Below, piece after piece: positions 31,121 to 41,415 of a DNA stretch of 51,204 nt. The position numbers and the translations under genes are program-made. Under the pieces are notes generated by a model. The model did not search any database and was not told where the DNA came from. It saw only the letters and a program-made list of their open reading frames with translations. Every line of letters starts with the position of its first letter. Within the stretch, counting starts at the first letter, position 1. The stretch is from positions 1-51,204 of the forward strand of contig JAUXGV010000001.1 in NCBI GenBank assembly GCA_030621915.1. The letters run 5' to 3'. The stretch is from Flavobacteriaceae bacterium (GTDB lineage Bacteria; Bacteroidota; Bacteroidia; Flavobacteriales; Flavobacteriaceae).

Positions 31121-32383
31121 CTACAATTCATTATCAGCGATCGTTGTTTCCAAAAACTTTGAAGGAATGCTGTCAACTTGCATCTTAAGTGATTCAATAA
31201 AGGTAAAATAATCATCTCTTAAATGCTCCTTAATCGGATCGGCAGTAGGTAATTTTTGCCGAAAAGGATCCACCTGTCTTCCGTTTTTCCAAAATCGATA
31301 GCAAACATGTGGTCCCGCAGTACTACCAGTCATCCCAACATATCCAATAACGTCACCTTGTTTTACATAATCCCCTACTCTCACGGCTCTTTTTTTCATG
31401 TGTAAATATTGGGTAGAATAAGTAGCGTTATGTTTTATTTTTACATAATTCCCATTTCCTCCCTTATATCGGGATGCCACAACTCTACCATTTGCAGTAC
31501 TCATTATTGGGGTTCCAATGTTTGCAGCAAAATCGGTGCCTTTATGTGGACGGACTTTATAGCCATAATGTTTTATTCTTCTTCTTAAATTGTATCTCGA
31601 TGAAACTCTGCTAAATTGTATCGGAGATTTTAAAAATTTTCTTCGAAGCGTTTTACCATCCTCATCATAGTAATCGTTGGTGTTATTAACAGAATCCGTC
31701 ACAAAATTAAAGGCATAAAGAGGCGTATTTTTATGTTCAAAATAAGCAGCTGTAATATTTCCTACACCTACGGAAATACTATCGTCAATAAATTTTTGTT
31801 CATAAATCAATTTGAATTTATCTCCTTTTTGCAGATGGTGAAAATCAATGGTCCAGGCATAAATTTCAGCCATTTCCAGAGCAAGGATATAATCTAAATT
31901 CTGATTTTCCATGGCCTCAGATAAGTTTGATTCTATAATTCCTGAAGCTGTTTTAGTGACTGTTTTTACTTCTTTTCTACCAAATGTAGTTTGAATAGAA
32001 TCCGTAAAATCCACAATAAGATATTCTACTTTATTGCGTTGATAAATGAATACTTGTGCTTTTTCCGTCGAATCTTTAGAAGCTAATATCGTATAAGGTT
32101 TGCCAGCATTAAGTTTCCTAATATCAAAAGTGTCTTTTGCAGCTTCTGCAATTTTATAAATTTCAGGATAATCAATATGGTTTCTATCTAGAATTTCACC
32201 AAATGTTTCTCCCTTTTTAATGGTATCTCTGATTACTTTAAAGTCGTTAAGAACATACCCAAACTCTTTAATAATTATTGGTTCGACTTCAATTGTTTCA
32301 GTTATTTCTTCGATTTCAGTTACTTTTTCTTTACACGAATAAAGAATTAGTACAGCCAGTATAGGGACTAATATTTTTTTCAC
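31121..32383 (-). CDS. M23 family peptidoglycan DD-metalloendopeptidase (MepM-like lipoprotein)
   Basis: Lipobox LYSC, HKGTDFAA, YLHM and GPHVCY motifs. Confidence 0.92.
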   Translation of the reverse strand: MKKILVPILAVLILYSCKEKVTEIEEITETIEVEPIIIKEFGYVLNDFKVIRDTIKKGETFGEILDRNHIDYPEIYKIAEAAKDTFDIRKLNAGKPYTILASKDSTEKAQVFIYQRNKVEYLIVDFTDSIQTTFGRKEVKTVTKTASGIIESNLSEAMENQNLDYILALEMAEIYAWTIDFHHLQKGDKFKLIYEQKFIDDSISVGVGNITAAYFEHKNTPLYAFNFVTDSVNNTNDYYDEDGKTLRRKFLKSPIQFSRVSSRYNLRRRIKHYGYKVRPHKGTDFAANIGTPIMSTANGRVVASRYKGGNGNYVKIKHNATYSTQYLHMKKRAVRVGDYVKQGDVIGYVGMTGSTAGPHVCYRFWKNGRQVDPFRQKLPTADPIKEHLRDDYFTFIESLKMQVDSIPSKFLETTIADNEL

Positions 32384-32448
32384 TTAACAATTTTTCTTTT
32401 GAATGATATGCAAATCTATTGATTTTTAGGAGAAATTAATATAATATA

Positions 32449-33219
32449 TTAGTTAAAAATAATTGGGAAAAAATTGCTGAGTCCTTTATACCGAACCAAT
32501 TCCGCCTTTAATGAACCTACCAGAACAGCTGCTTTAATTTTAATGGGTATTTTGTTTGCGTCATCTGTAATCCAAACTGTAACGCTTTCATTTTCCTCAA
32601 AAATTCGCCCTTCCTGAACCAATGGGCTAAATATCATAGTTTTAACCTTTCCAAATTTTGTGTTGATTTCTTCTCTTCCTTTAAAAATAAGTTTAAATTC
32701 AATAATTTCATCATCCAGAAACATATTAACCGTAACAATCTCTTCTTTCTGAAGTGTACTTAATTCCAAACCACGTAAATAATATAAAGTAGAAAGTAAA
32801 TCTTGAATATTATTTTCAATAGCCAAGATCTTTTCAGAATCATGTTTGTGATCAATAACTTGAGCTTCTAGTTTTTCATAATCAAAAAATATTTCTTTGT
32901 CTTTTGTATAGCCACCTTCGTTAATTTTTCGAATAAAATGATATGGAAGTCGTGTTTCTTTATTAATAAAGGTTTGGTAATCATCTTCAACAGGAAAAAA
33001 CAAATGTACCATACCTGCTGACCAACCTTTACCAATGATATGATGCATCGATTTGTTATTGACAATAGTATCCACTATTTTCAAAGATGCAAATCCTGCA
33101 TTGATCAAGCCATAATTAATTTTAAACTTTAAATATTCCCCTCCCTTAAAAGCTTCAATATTCTGTTGTGAAACTCCATAAAAAGAAACAAAAAATAATA
33201 TGAACAGTATTTTTTTCAT
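32449..33219 (-). CDS. DUF3108-like exported protein
   Basis: Signal peptide, AF..GE.LKF.I.YG, TKFGKV and VWITDD.NKIP patterns. Confidence 0.8.
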   Translation of the reverse strand: MKKILFILFFVSFYGVSQQNIEAFKGGEYLKFKINYGLINAGFASLKIVDTIVNNKSMHHIIGKGWSAGMVHLFFPVEDDYQTFINKETRLPYHFIRKINEGGYTKDKEIFFDYEKLEAQVIDHKHDSEKILAIENNIQDLLSTLYYLRGLELSTLQKEEIVTVNMFLDDEIIEFKLIFKGREEINTKFGKVKTMIFSPLVQEGRIFEENESVTVWITDDANKIPIKIKAAVLVGSLKAELVRYKGLSNFFPIIFN

Positions 33220-33291
33220 TGCGATTCAAAATCTGAATATAGACTAACTATTTTGAAGATATAATCTCTAAAAATTCCAGAATACAAATAT

Positions 33292-33334
33292 AAAAAACTG
33301 TTTGAGTATGATGACATCAACCTCAAAACAGTTT
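33292..33334 (-). terminator. Probable intrinsic terminator downstream of dsbD
   Basis: AAACTGTTTGAG / CTCAAAACAGTTT stem with a U-tract on the minus strand. Confidence 0.7.
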
Positions 33335-33350
33335 CAATTTACAAATGTGT

Positions 33351-35384
33351 TTATTTTACAAAATTAGAAATTCCTTCTTCCAACCATAAAAGATAATTTT
33401 CTATATCAGGATCATAGGCCGAATAGTTATTTAAATTATTTCCATCATGATCCAATAACACATAGTAAGGTTGCGCATTGGCTTTGTATTTTTTTATTTG
33501 AAAATCACTCCATTTGTTGCCAATTGTTTTTACTTTTCTGCCTGTAGTTTTAGACGTGTATTGCTCATTTTCAGGTAATTTTCTTTTGTCGTCTACATAT
33601 AAAGAAACAAGCACGATTTGATTTTTAAGTTTTTGAAGTACTTGAGGATCAGACCAGACTCTTTCTTCCATTTTTCTACAATTTACACAGGCATGTCCTG
33701 TAAAATCAATCATAACCGGTTTTCCAATTTCTTTGGCATATGCCATTCCTTGTTCATAATCAGAAAAAGAAATAATATCATGAGGTCCTAAATGCGCGCC
33801 CTTTGGAATTTCAATTCCCGAGTTAGTACTGTTGTCGCTTAGTTTTGTATATCCTACTCCATGAGTTGACTCACTATAATGCATAGGAGGTGGGAAGCCA
33901 CTGATTAGTTTTAGTGGCGCACCCCAAAGGCCAGGAATCAAATAAATTGTAAATGTCAAAACAACAATTCCTAATCCTAATCTCCCTACAGAGATATGTT
34001 GAATGTCAGAATCATGAGGCAATTTGATTTTACCAAATAAATACAAAGCAAAAGCACCGAATATAGCTATCCATATTGCTATAAAAAGCTCTCTTTCCAA
34101 CCAATGCCCTTGCAATACCAAATCTGCATTTGACAAAAACTTAAAGGCCAGGGCTAATTCTAAAAAGCCTAAAACTACTTTAACCGTATTCAACCAACCT
34201 CCTGATTTGGGCAAAGAATTCAACCATCCTGGAAAAGCCGCAAATAAAGTGAAGGGTAAGGCAATGGCCAGCGAAAATCCAAACATACTAATAACTGGAG
34301 CAATTCCGCCTTGGGTTACAGCAGTGACTAAAGCTGTTCCCACAATCGGTGCAGTACATGAAAAGGAAACTATTGCTAAGGCAAGTGCCATAAAAAATAT
34401 TCCTATAATACCTCCTCTATCTGCTTGAGCATCAACTTTGGTACTCCAGGAGCTTGGCAAGGTAATTTCAAAAGCTCCTAAAAAGGAAACAGCGAAGAAT
34501 ATTAATAACAAAAAGAAAATAATATTAAACCAAACACTAGTTGCCAGCTCATTCAATGATTCGGCTCCAAATACCGTAGTAACTACGGTTCCTAATAAAA
34601 CGTAAAGAATAATAATTGCCAATCCATAAATAATGGCATTTCTAATACCGGCAGCTTTATTTTTGCTTTGTTTGGTAAAAAAACTTACCGTCATAGGTAT
34701 CATCGGAAATACACAAGGTGTCAATAAGGCAGCAAATCCTGCAAAAAAGCTAAGTATAAAAAGAGTCCATAAACTTCTATTCTTTTCTTTTTTCTCTAAT
34801 GTTGTTCTAGAAGATTTTTCCTCATTTTGTACCTTATCATTTTTTTTCACTTCAACAATTTCCGTCTCCTCCGCCTCTACTTCTTTCAATGAAACCGGTT
34901 TTTCTGTTTGTATCAGCTCCCCAGAAATTCCCTGAAGGCTAAATTCCAATTCCACTTCAGTAGGGGGTGTACAATGTTCATCGTCACACGCCATAAATTC
35001 CAAAATTCCTTTAACAGATACCTTATCATTAGTTAAAATCCTAATTCGTTGCTTAAAAATTGCTTCCGTTTCAAAGTATTTGATATCCATTTCGAATACC
35101 TCATCAAACCCTTCATGTCCTTCTCCTTCTGTAGTTTTTCCAATTAACCGGTATTCTTTTTCAGACGCTTCAAATCTAAATGAAGTCGGTATCGGTCCAT
35201 CATCACCAATATTTTGAGAATACACATGCCAGCCACTTTCAATAGTAGCTGTAATTATCAGATCAAATTCACTTTCAGAAACTTTTTCTACAGTTGTATT
35301 CCAACTAACCGGATCAAATATCTGAGCATTTATCTGACTAATAAATACAAGTAATAAGTAAAAAACACTAATCAATTTTTTCAT
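33351..35384 (-). CDS. dsbD: Thiol:disulfide interchange protein DsbD
   Basis: N-terminal ACDDEHC, TM-domain TPCVFPM and SCTAP, C-terminal thioredoxin ACVNCR. Confidence 0.93.
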   Translation of the reverse strand: MKKLISVFYLLLVFISQINAQIFDPVSWNTTVEKVSESEFDLIITATIESGWHVYSQNIGDDGPIPTSFRFEASEKEYRLIGKTTEGEGHEGFDEVFEMDIKYFETEAIFKQRIRILTNDKVSVKGILEFMACDDEHCTPPTEVELEFSLQGISGELIQTEKPVSLKEVEAEETEIVEVKKNDKVQNEEKSSRTTLEKKEKNRSLWTLFILSFFAGFAALLTPCVFPMIPMTVSFFTKQSKNKAAGIRNAIIYGLAIIILYVLLGTVVTTVFGAESLNELATSVWFNIIFFLLLIFFAVSFLGAFEITLPSSWSTKVDAQADRGGIIGIFFMALALAIVSFSCTAPIVGTALVTAVTQGGIAPVISMFGFSLAIALPFTLFAAFPGWLNSLPKSGGWLNTVKVVLGFLELALAFKFLSNADLVLQGHWLERELFIAIWIAIFGAFALYLFGKIKLPHDSDIQHISVGRLGLGIVVLTFTIYLIPGLWGAPLKLISGFPPPMHYSESTHGVGYTKLSDNSTNSGIEIPKGAHLGPHDIISFSDYEQGMAYAKEIGKPVMIDFTGHACVNCRKMEERVWSDPQVLQKLKNQIVLVSLYVDDKRKLPENEQYTSKTTGRKVKTIGNKWSDFQIKKYKANAQPYYVLLDHDGNNLNNYSAYDPDIENYLLWLEEGISNFVK

Positions 35385-36717
35385 AATCAATTCTTAATAT
35401 ATCGGTTGTTTTATCTGTTATTTTAAATCGGTTATCGAGACGTTTTTCAATAATCCAAATGATTTCATTTTTTGCCGAACAAAGTAACCATGTTTTTTCC
35501 TTTTCAAAAATTGATATCTTGCCATCTTTAAAAAACTTGCTTAACTTTTTTCTTCCTTGCATTCCAATCGGGTAAAAGTAGTCTCCTTTTTCCCATTTTC
35601 TTACAATTAATGGATAATTTAACAAAGCTTTATCAACGTAAACAACATTTTTATTTTCCCTTCCCAGACTGGAACCTTCAATTATATCAAATTTGAAACT
35701 AATTTTCAAATTTGAAAATTTATCCGAGTTTTCCTCTATTTGAAAATTTTGCATTTCATTTTTTGTAGACCTCTTTGATAGAAGTAAAAATGATCTGTCT
35801 TTTAAAAGGCGATGGGTACTGCTGTAAATTTGCTTACCACTTTGGGCACTTAACAATTTTGTAACATCATTCCACTCTTTAAACCCATATTCTTTTAATA
35901 ATTCAAATAGATAGATTTTGGGACTAGATAATTTTTTAATTTTATCGATGTTAATCTTAAAATTATTCTCATTTGTTTCAATAATTTCATTTCTTAAATT
36001 ATCTATTCTGTCCTTTACAATTAGTTGACTTCCCTTTAAATTTTCAACGGTATTTACAAAGGAATTCATGAAATTTGGATTCAATTCTTTTAAAATCGGG
36101 ATAAAATTATGCCTCAATTTATTTCTAAGATATTTCGTTTCAGCATTACTTTCATCTTCTCTCCAGGTCAGTTTATTTTGAATAGCATAGGTCTTTATTT
36201 CTTTTCTGGTAAAAGGTATAAGGGGACGAATAATTTTATCATTGATGGTAGGGATTCCGGTTAATCCATCAAGTCCCGTACCTCTGGTTAGATTGATTAA
36301 AAACGTTTCCAGATTGTCATCAGCATGATGGGCTGTTAGTAAGAAATCAAAATCATTATTTCGAATTAATTCTTCAAACCATTGATAACGCAAATCACGA
36401 GCTGCCATTTGGATGGAGGCATTATTTTTCTGAGCATAAATTTCGGTTTCAAAACGATTTATAAGAACTGGAATATTCAATCTGTTACCCTCCTTCAATA
36501 CAAATTTCTCGTCCAAATTGGATTCTTTACCCCTCAATTGAAAATTACAATGTGCCAAGGTTAATGATTCTAAAATAAATTTAGAATCATTATTTAATTC
36601 ATAAAATAATTGGGTTAAGACAATGCTATCAATTCCTCCGGAGCTGGCAACAAGTAACTTTTTACATTGTAAAAAAGAGAAGTTTTTAAGAATATGTTTC
36701 TGGAACGATTGAATCAA
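35368..36717 (-). CDS. tilS: tRNA(Ile)-lysidine synthetase
   Basis: PP-loop SGGIDS, AARDLRY, TAHHADDNLET, IRPL and RNKLRH motifs. Confidence 0.96.
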   Translation of the reverse strand: MIQSFQKHILKNFSFLQCKKLLVASSGGIDSIVLTQLFYELNNDSKFILESLTLAHCNFQLRGKESNLDEKFVLKEGNRLNIPVLINRFETEIYAQKNNASIQMAARDLRYQWFEELIRNNDFDFLLTAHHADDNLETFLINLTRGTGLDGLTGIPTINDKIIRPLIPFTRKEIKTYAIQNKLTWREDESNAETKYLRNKLRHNFIPILKELNPNFMNSFVNTVENLKGSQLIVKDRIDNLRNEIIETNENNFKINIDKIKKLSSPKIYLFELLKEYGFKEWNDVTKLLSAQSGKQIYSSTHRLLKDRSFLLLSKRSTKNEMQNFQIEENSDKFSNLKISFKFDIIEGSSLGRENKNVVYVDKALLNYPLIVRKWEKGDYFYPIGMQGRKKLSKFFKDGKISIFEKEKTWLLCSAKNEIIWIIEKRLDNRFKITDKTTDILRIDYEKID

Positions 36718-36766
36718 AAATGTTTGTTTTTTAATAACTAAATCACAAAGGTAATTAATATACTAT

Positions 36767-36807
36767 AAATAAAAATTCCCTTAATGATAGTTATCATTAA
36801 GGGAATT
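36767..36807 (-). terminator. Terminator of prc formed by a perfect 16-bp inverted repeat
   Basis: AATTCCCTTAATGATA-gt-TATCATTAAGGGAATT, followed on the minus strand by a U-rich tract. Confidence 0.75.
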
Positions 36808-36825
36808 CATAAAATTATTATGAGA

Positions 36826-39045
36826 CTAATTTTTTACCAACAAATTATTATTCATCTTTAATTGTGAAAGAACAGTTAGCGCCTCTTCTACATAAATATC
36901 ACGACTTAAATTTTTATGCCAAATATTTCTTTTTTCGCCTAAAACAGAATCCTTTTCTATCATTGGGAATTCGAAACTTGGAGAATTAAATACCAAATCA
37001 TTTCTATAATCATTTAAAGCGTCAAATTCTTTACTTTCTTCTATCCGTTGGTCTAAAGCTTGCTTATATTCATCATAGTTTAATTGAACCGTATTATCGT
37101 CTCTTCCTTCTTTTAGCCATTTTGCATTTTTATCAATGAGCATAAATTGAGGGTTAGAGGCAATTCTAACTTTACTATCATTAACAACCGAATGAAAATT
37201 TTCATAAGTTTTATTAACTGTATAATCTGCCGGTTCAATTTTGTCCCATGCCAAAGGATTCTTTTCATCCCTTTCTCCAATGTCAAGATAGGTGTATCTA
37301 TCTGGCATTGCTATATCACTTTCAACACCATTCAATTGAGTTGAACCTCCATTAATTCTATAAAATTTTTGAATTGTCATTTTTAAAGCCCCTAAATCTT
37401 CTGAATACTTATAATAATTATTCAGTGGCAATACATTTTGAACAGTGCCTTTACCAAAAGATTGTTTACTGCCAATAATTACAGCGCGATTGTAATCTTG
37501 CATTGCTGCCGCAAAAATTTCCGAAGCAGAGGCGGAAAGTTCATTCATTAAAATAACCAAAGGGCCATTCCATTGGATTTTGGAATTCTTATCAGATCTC
37601 ACATTGGGTTTTTCACCTCTATATTTAACCTGAACGACAGGACCGTCCTGGATAAATAATCCTGCAATTTCAATAGCTGTTTTTAAAGATCCTCCCCCAT
37701 TATTTCTTAAGTCGATCAATAATCCTTCAACATTTTCATTCTTCAGTTGTTCAATTTGATTTTCCATATCGGTTGCTGAATTCCTAAAGTTTCTTTCGTT
37801 AAAATCAATATAGAATTTTGGTAAATTAATAACACCGTATTTTTTCTCATCCAATTCTACAACAGTTGATTTTGCAAATGTCTCCTCCAATTCAACAACA
37901 TCTCTAATAATAGAAATTACATTGATTGAACCGTCAATTTTTTTAAGGGTAAGTTTAACTTCAGTTCCCTTTTTTCCTTTTATAAATTCTATGGCGTCAT
38001 CTAAACGCATACCCACAATATCAATGGGGGGCTCGTCTTTCTGACCAACTTTTAATATTGCATCTCCTACTTCCAATTCACCGGCTTTCCATGCGGGCCC
38101 ACCGGAAATTAATTCCGCAACCATCGTATAATCTCCTTTTTTCTGCAACCGAGCACCAATGCCTTCTAGTTTACCGGCCATACTGATATCAAATCTCTTT
38201 TTGTCCTTAGGAGCAAAATAATTAGTATGAGGATCAAACTGAAGCGTAATTGTATTTATAAATACCGAAAACCAATCAGTCTCATCCAAATCACTCATGA
38301 TATCGTATAATTCATCTAAGCTTTTTCCAGTAGCCTCTCTTGAAATTTCCTCTAATTCTGCAAAAGATTTCGGCTCACTTTGGGCACCATCAGATTTATT
38401 AAAATCTTCCTTTTCAGTAATTGGTTGAGCTGAATCCAAATTCGTTTCATTCTGGTCTGAAACGTTAGATTTATCTGAAGAAGAATTAAAATCATTTTGT
38501 AATTCTACTCTTTCATGCAATCTAGATAAAGTACCTACCTTCAACTGTAATTCCCAGGTTTGAATCAATTCCTCCTTTGAATAAGCAAACTTTTTAGATT
38601 CATAATCGACGCTAAATGTTCCTTGTTTATTAAAGTCAAAAGGCCTGACCAATATGTCTTTATAGTATTGTTTTGATTCGGCTACTCTTTCCTTAAATCT
38701 TTCATAAACTGTGTTATAAAAATCCAGTTCTTCATTTTTAAGTTGATCGTCAATTAGCAATTTGTATTTGGAGAACTCATCAATGTCACTTTGTAAAAAA
38801 AAGCGTCTATAAGGATCTAAAGCATCAATAAACTCGTTAAATACATTTTCAGAAAACTCATCATTCATTTGATGGGGCTCATAATGTCCTTTGGTCAATG
38901 CATATCGAATCAACCCTATTAATATTTTATCTTTTTCCGGATCCGGTTTGTTAATAACTTGAAAACTAAATAATAAGCAAGCTACAATTATAATCGGTAG
39001 GATTATTTTATAATTTCTTTTCATAAAAGGAATTGTTTTTTTCAT
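36826..39045 (-). CDS. prc: Carboxy-terminal processing protease (Prc/Tsp, S41)
   Basis: DPHTNY, PDZ GIGARL, DLRNNGGG, SASASEI and GKGTVQ motifs. Confidence 0.95.
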   Translation of the reverse strand: MKKTIPFMKRNYKIILPIIIVACLLFSFQVINKPDPEKDKILIGLIRYALTKGHYEPHQMNDEFSENVFNEFIDALDPYRRFFLQSDIDEFSKYKLLIDDQLKNEELDFYNTVYERFKERVAESKQYYKDILVRPFDFNKQGTFSVDYESKKFAYSKEELIQTWELQLKVGTLSRLHERVELQNDFNSSSDKSNVSDQNETNLDSAQPITEKEDFNKSDGAQSEPKSFAELEEISREATGKSLDELYDIMSDLDETDWFSVFINTITLQFDPHTNYFAPKDKKRFDISMAGKLEGIGARLQKKGDYTMVAELISGGPAWKAGELEVGDAILKVGQKDEPPIDIVGMRLDDAIEFIKGKKGTEVKLTLKKIDGSINVISIIRDVVELEETFAKSTVVELDEKKYGVINLPKFYIDFNERNFRNSATDMENQIEQLKNENVEGLLIDLRNNGGGSLKTAIEIAGLFIQDGPVVQVKYRGEKPNVRSDKNSKIQWNGPLVILMNELSASASEIFAAAMQDYNRAVIIGSKQSFGKGTVQNVLPLNNYYKYSEDLGALKMTIQKFYRINGGSTQLNGVESDIAMPDRYTYLDIGERDEKNPLAWDKIEPADYTVNKTYENFHSVVNDSKVRIASNPQFMLIDKNAKWLKEGRDDNTVQLNYDEYKQALDQRIEESKEFDALNDYRNDLVFNSPSFEFPMIEKDSVLGEKRNIWHKNLSRDIYVEEALTVLSQLKMNNNLLVKN

Positions 39046-39236
39046 TAATTATCAAACATTCATTTATCTAAAATAGCTGTGTCATTCATGCAATTAATTG
39101 AAGTGTTTTGAATATTCAAATACAAATACTTAGCAAGTATAGACATAAATTACTAAATTTTATCACATTTAATTGTTAAACATTAATTAATAATACTAAA
39201 AACAAAAAGTCTATTTTTGCTTTAAATATGTTAAAA

Positions 39237-40007
39237 ATGGAAAAAAAACCATTAATTTTAGTGACCAATGACGACGGAATTACAGCCCCTGGAATAAGAA
39301 CATTAATTTCCGTAATGAATGAAATTGGCGACGTTGTTGTAATCGCTCCCGATAGTCCACAAAGTGGTATGGGTCATGCTATAACATTAGATTCGACAAT
39401 TTATTGCGATGCCATAACAATCGATGATGGAGAGCAACTGGAATATCGATGCTCAGGAACACCTGCAGATTGCGTAAAAATGGCCATCAGCGAAATATTA
39501 AATAAAAAACCTGACTTATGTGTCTCGGGAATAAACCATGGTGCAAATTCATCAATAAATGTGATTTATTCAGGTACTATGAGCGCCGCAATTGAAGCCG
39601 GAATAGAAGGAATTCCAGCTATTGGATTTTCATTATTGGATTATTCCTGGAAGGCTAATTTTGAAGGTTTAAAAAAACATATCAAAAAAATTGCCTTAGA
39701 GGTCATAAAAAATGGTCTTCCGGATGGAATCGTTTTAAATGTGAATTTTCCAAAGCTTTCCAGTAATAATTTTAAAGGAATCAAAATTTGTCGGCAAGCT
39801 CGGGCAAATTGGGTAGAAGAATTTGATAAGAGAACCAACCCTCAAGGGAAGGAGTATTATTGGTTAACTGGAAGGTTTGTTAATCTTGATAAGGGAGAAG
39901 ACAATGATGTATGGGCTTTGGAAAATGATTATATTTCTGTAGTCCCAGTTCATTTTGATTTAACAGCTCATCATTTTATTCAAAAATTAAATTCTTGGGA
40001 ATTATGA
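39237..40007 (+). CDS. surE: 5'/3'-nucleotidase SurE
   Basis: LVTNDDG, GTPADCV, SGINHGAN and YSGT motifs. Confidence 0.97.
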   Translation: MEKKPLILVTNDDGITAPGIRTLISVMNEIGDVVVIAPDSPQSGMGHAITLDSTIYCDAITIDDGEQLEYRCSGTPADCVKMAISEILNKKPDLCVSGINHGANSSINVIYSGTMSAAIEAGIEGIPAIGFSLLDYSWKANFEGLKKHIKKIALEVIKNGLPDGIVLNVNFPKLSSNNFKGIKICRQARANWVEEFDKRTNPQGKEYYWLTGRFVNLDKGEDNDVWALENDYISVVPVHFDLTAHHFIQKLNSWEL

Positions 40008-40285
40008 TTAAAAAGGAAATTTTTATAGGGTTTATAATCGCAATTTTTGCAACCTTAGCAGGTTTCTATGTTTATGTTGAATATGCCTCTGCATATAATT
40101 TTAGTGAATCGTTAAAAATAATTAATGAACAAAACCTATATGGTAAAATTTTAGTTTTGGCAGCAATTCCTAATTTATTTGTGTTTTTTGTATTTTTAAA
40201 AAAGAAGCAAGATTTAAGAGCTAGAGGGGTATTAATGGCTTGTCTTTTGTTGGCCATTTTGGTATTTGTAAGTCAATTTTTTTGA
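40004..40285 (+). CDS. Small conserved three-TM membrane protein
   Basis: AIPNL..FF.FLKKK.D.RARGVL pattern; ATGA overlap with surE. Confidence 0.75.
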   Translation: MIKKEIFIGFIIAIFATLAGFYVYVEYASAYNFSESLKIINEQNLYGKILVLAAIPNLFVFFVFLKKKQDLRARGVLMACLLLAILVFVSQFF

Positions 40286-40294
40286 AAAAAATCC

Positions 40295-41413
40295 ATGAAA
40301 TATTATATTATCGCAGGTGAAGCTTCTGGGGATTTACATGCTTCAAATTTGATGAAAGCTCTGTTATTAAAAGACGACAATGCTCAATTCAGGTTTTGGG
40401 GAGGTGATTTGATGCAAAACATTGGAGGTACATTAGTTAAACACTATAGAGATTTGGCCTTTATGGGGTTTGCTGAAGTCATAATGAATTTGAAAAACAT
40501 TCTAAAAAATATTAAATTTTGTAAACAAGATCTGTTAAAGTACCAACCTGATGTTCTTATTCTAGTAGACTATCCCGGGTTTAATATGCGAATTGCCGAA
40601 TTTGCTAAACTGAATCATATTAAAGTAAATTATTATATTTCTCCACAGATATGGGCCTGGAAGGAAAATCGTATCAAAAAAATTAAACGCGATGTTGATC
40701 AAATGTATGTGATTTTGCCCTTTGAAAAAGGGTATTATGAAGACAAGCACAATTTTCCAGTAAATTTTGTCGGGCATCCATTATTAGATGCAATTGCTAA
40801 TAGAAGACCTGTAAATTCTGATAAATTTAGAATAAAATATCATCTAAACGAAAAACCTATTATTGCTGTTTTACCTGGAAGTAGAAAACAGGAAATATCA
40901 AAAATGTTATCTGTAATGTTGCAAATGGTTGATAAATTTACCGATTATCAATTTATAATTGCTGGTGCACCCAGTCAGAATTTAGATTTCTATCAACAAT
41001 TTACTGATCAAAATAATGTATCAATCGTTGAAAATAAAACTTATGATTTGCTTTCTGTATCCTACGCCGCCTTAGTAACCTCGGGTACAGCAACTTTAGA
41101 AACGGCCTTATTTAAAGTTCCTGAAGTAGTTTGCTATAAAGGAAGTTCGATTTCCTATCAAATTGGTAAAAGATTGATTAAGAACATCAAGTTTATTTCT
41201 TTGGTAAATTTAATTTTGGACAAGGAGGCGGTTTCTGAATTGATTCAAAATGATTTCAACGAAATAAAATTGGAAGTGGAATTATCAAAAATTTTGGATA
41301 AGAAAAATAGAGAAAAAATGCTCAACTATTATTATGATCTGGAAAAAAAACTTGGAGGTAAAGGAGCCAGTGAAAAGACCGCAGAGTTGATTATTGAAAA
41401 TGCTAAAAATTAA
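40295..41413 (+). CDS. lpxB: Lipid-A-disaccharide synthase
   Basis: AGEASGD, DYPGFN, SPQIWAW, LPGSR and SGTATLE motifs. Confidence 0.97.
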   Translation: MKYYIIAGEASGDLHASNLMKALLLKDDNAQFRFWGGDLMQNIGGTLVKHYRDLAFMGFAEVIMNLKNILKNIKFCKQDLLKYQPDVLILVDYPGFNMRIAEFAKLNHIKVNYYISPQIWAWKENRIKKIKRDVDQMYVILPFEKGYYEDKHNFPVNFVGHPLLDAIANRRPVNSDKFRIKYHLNEKPIIAVLPGSRKQEISKMLSVMLQMVDKFTDYQFIIAGAPSQNLDFYQQFTDQNNVSIVENKTYDLLSVSYAALVTSGTATLETALFKVPEVVCYKGSSISYQIGKRLIKNIKFISLVNLILDKEAVSELIQNDFNEIKLEVELSKILDKKNREKMLNYYYDLEKKLGGKGASEKTAELIIENAKN

Positions 41414-41415
41414 AA

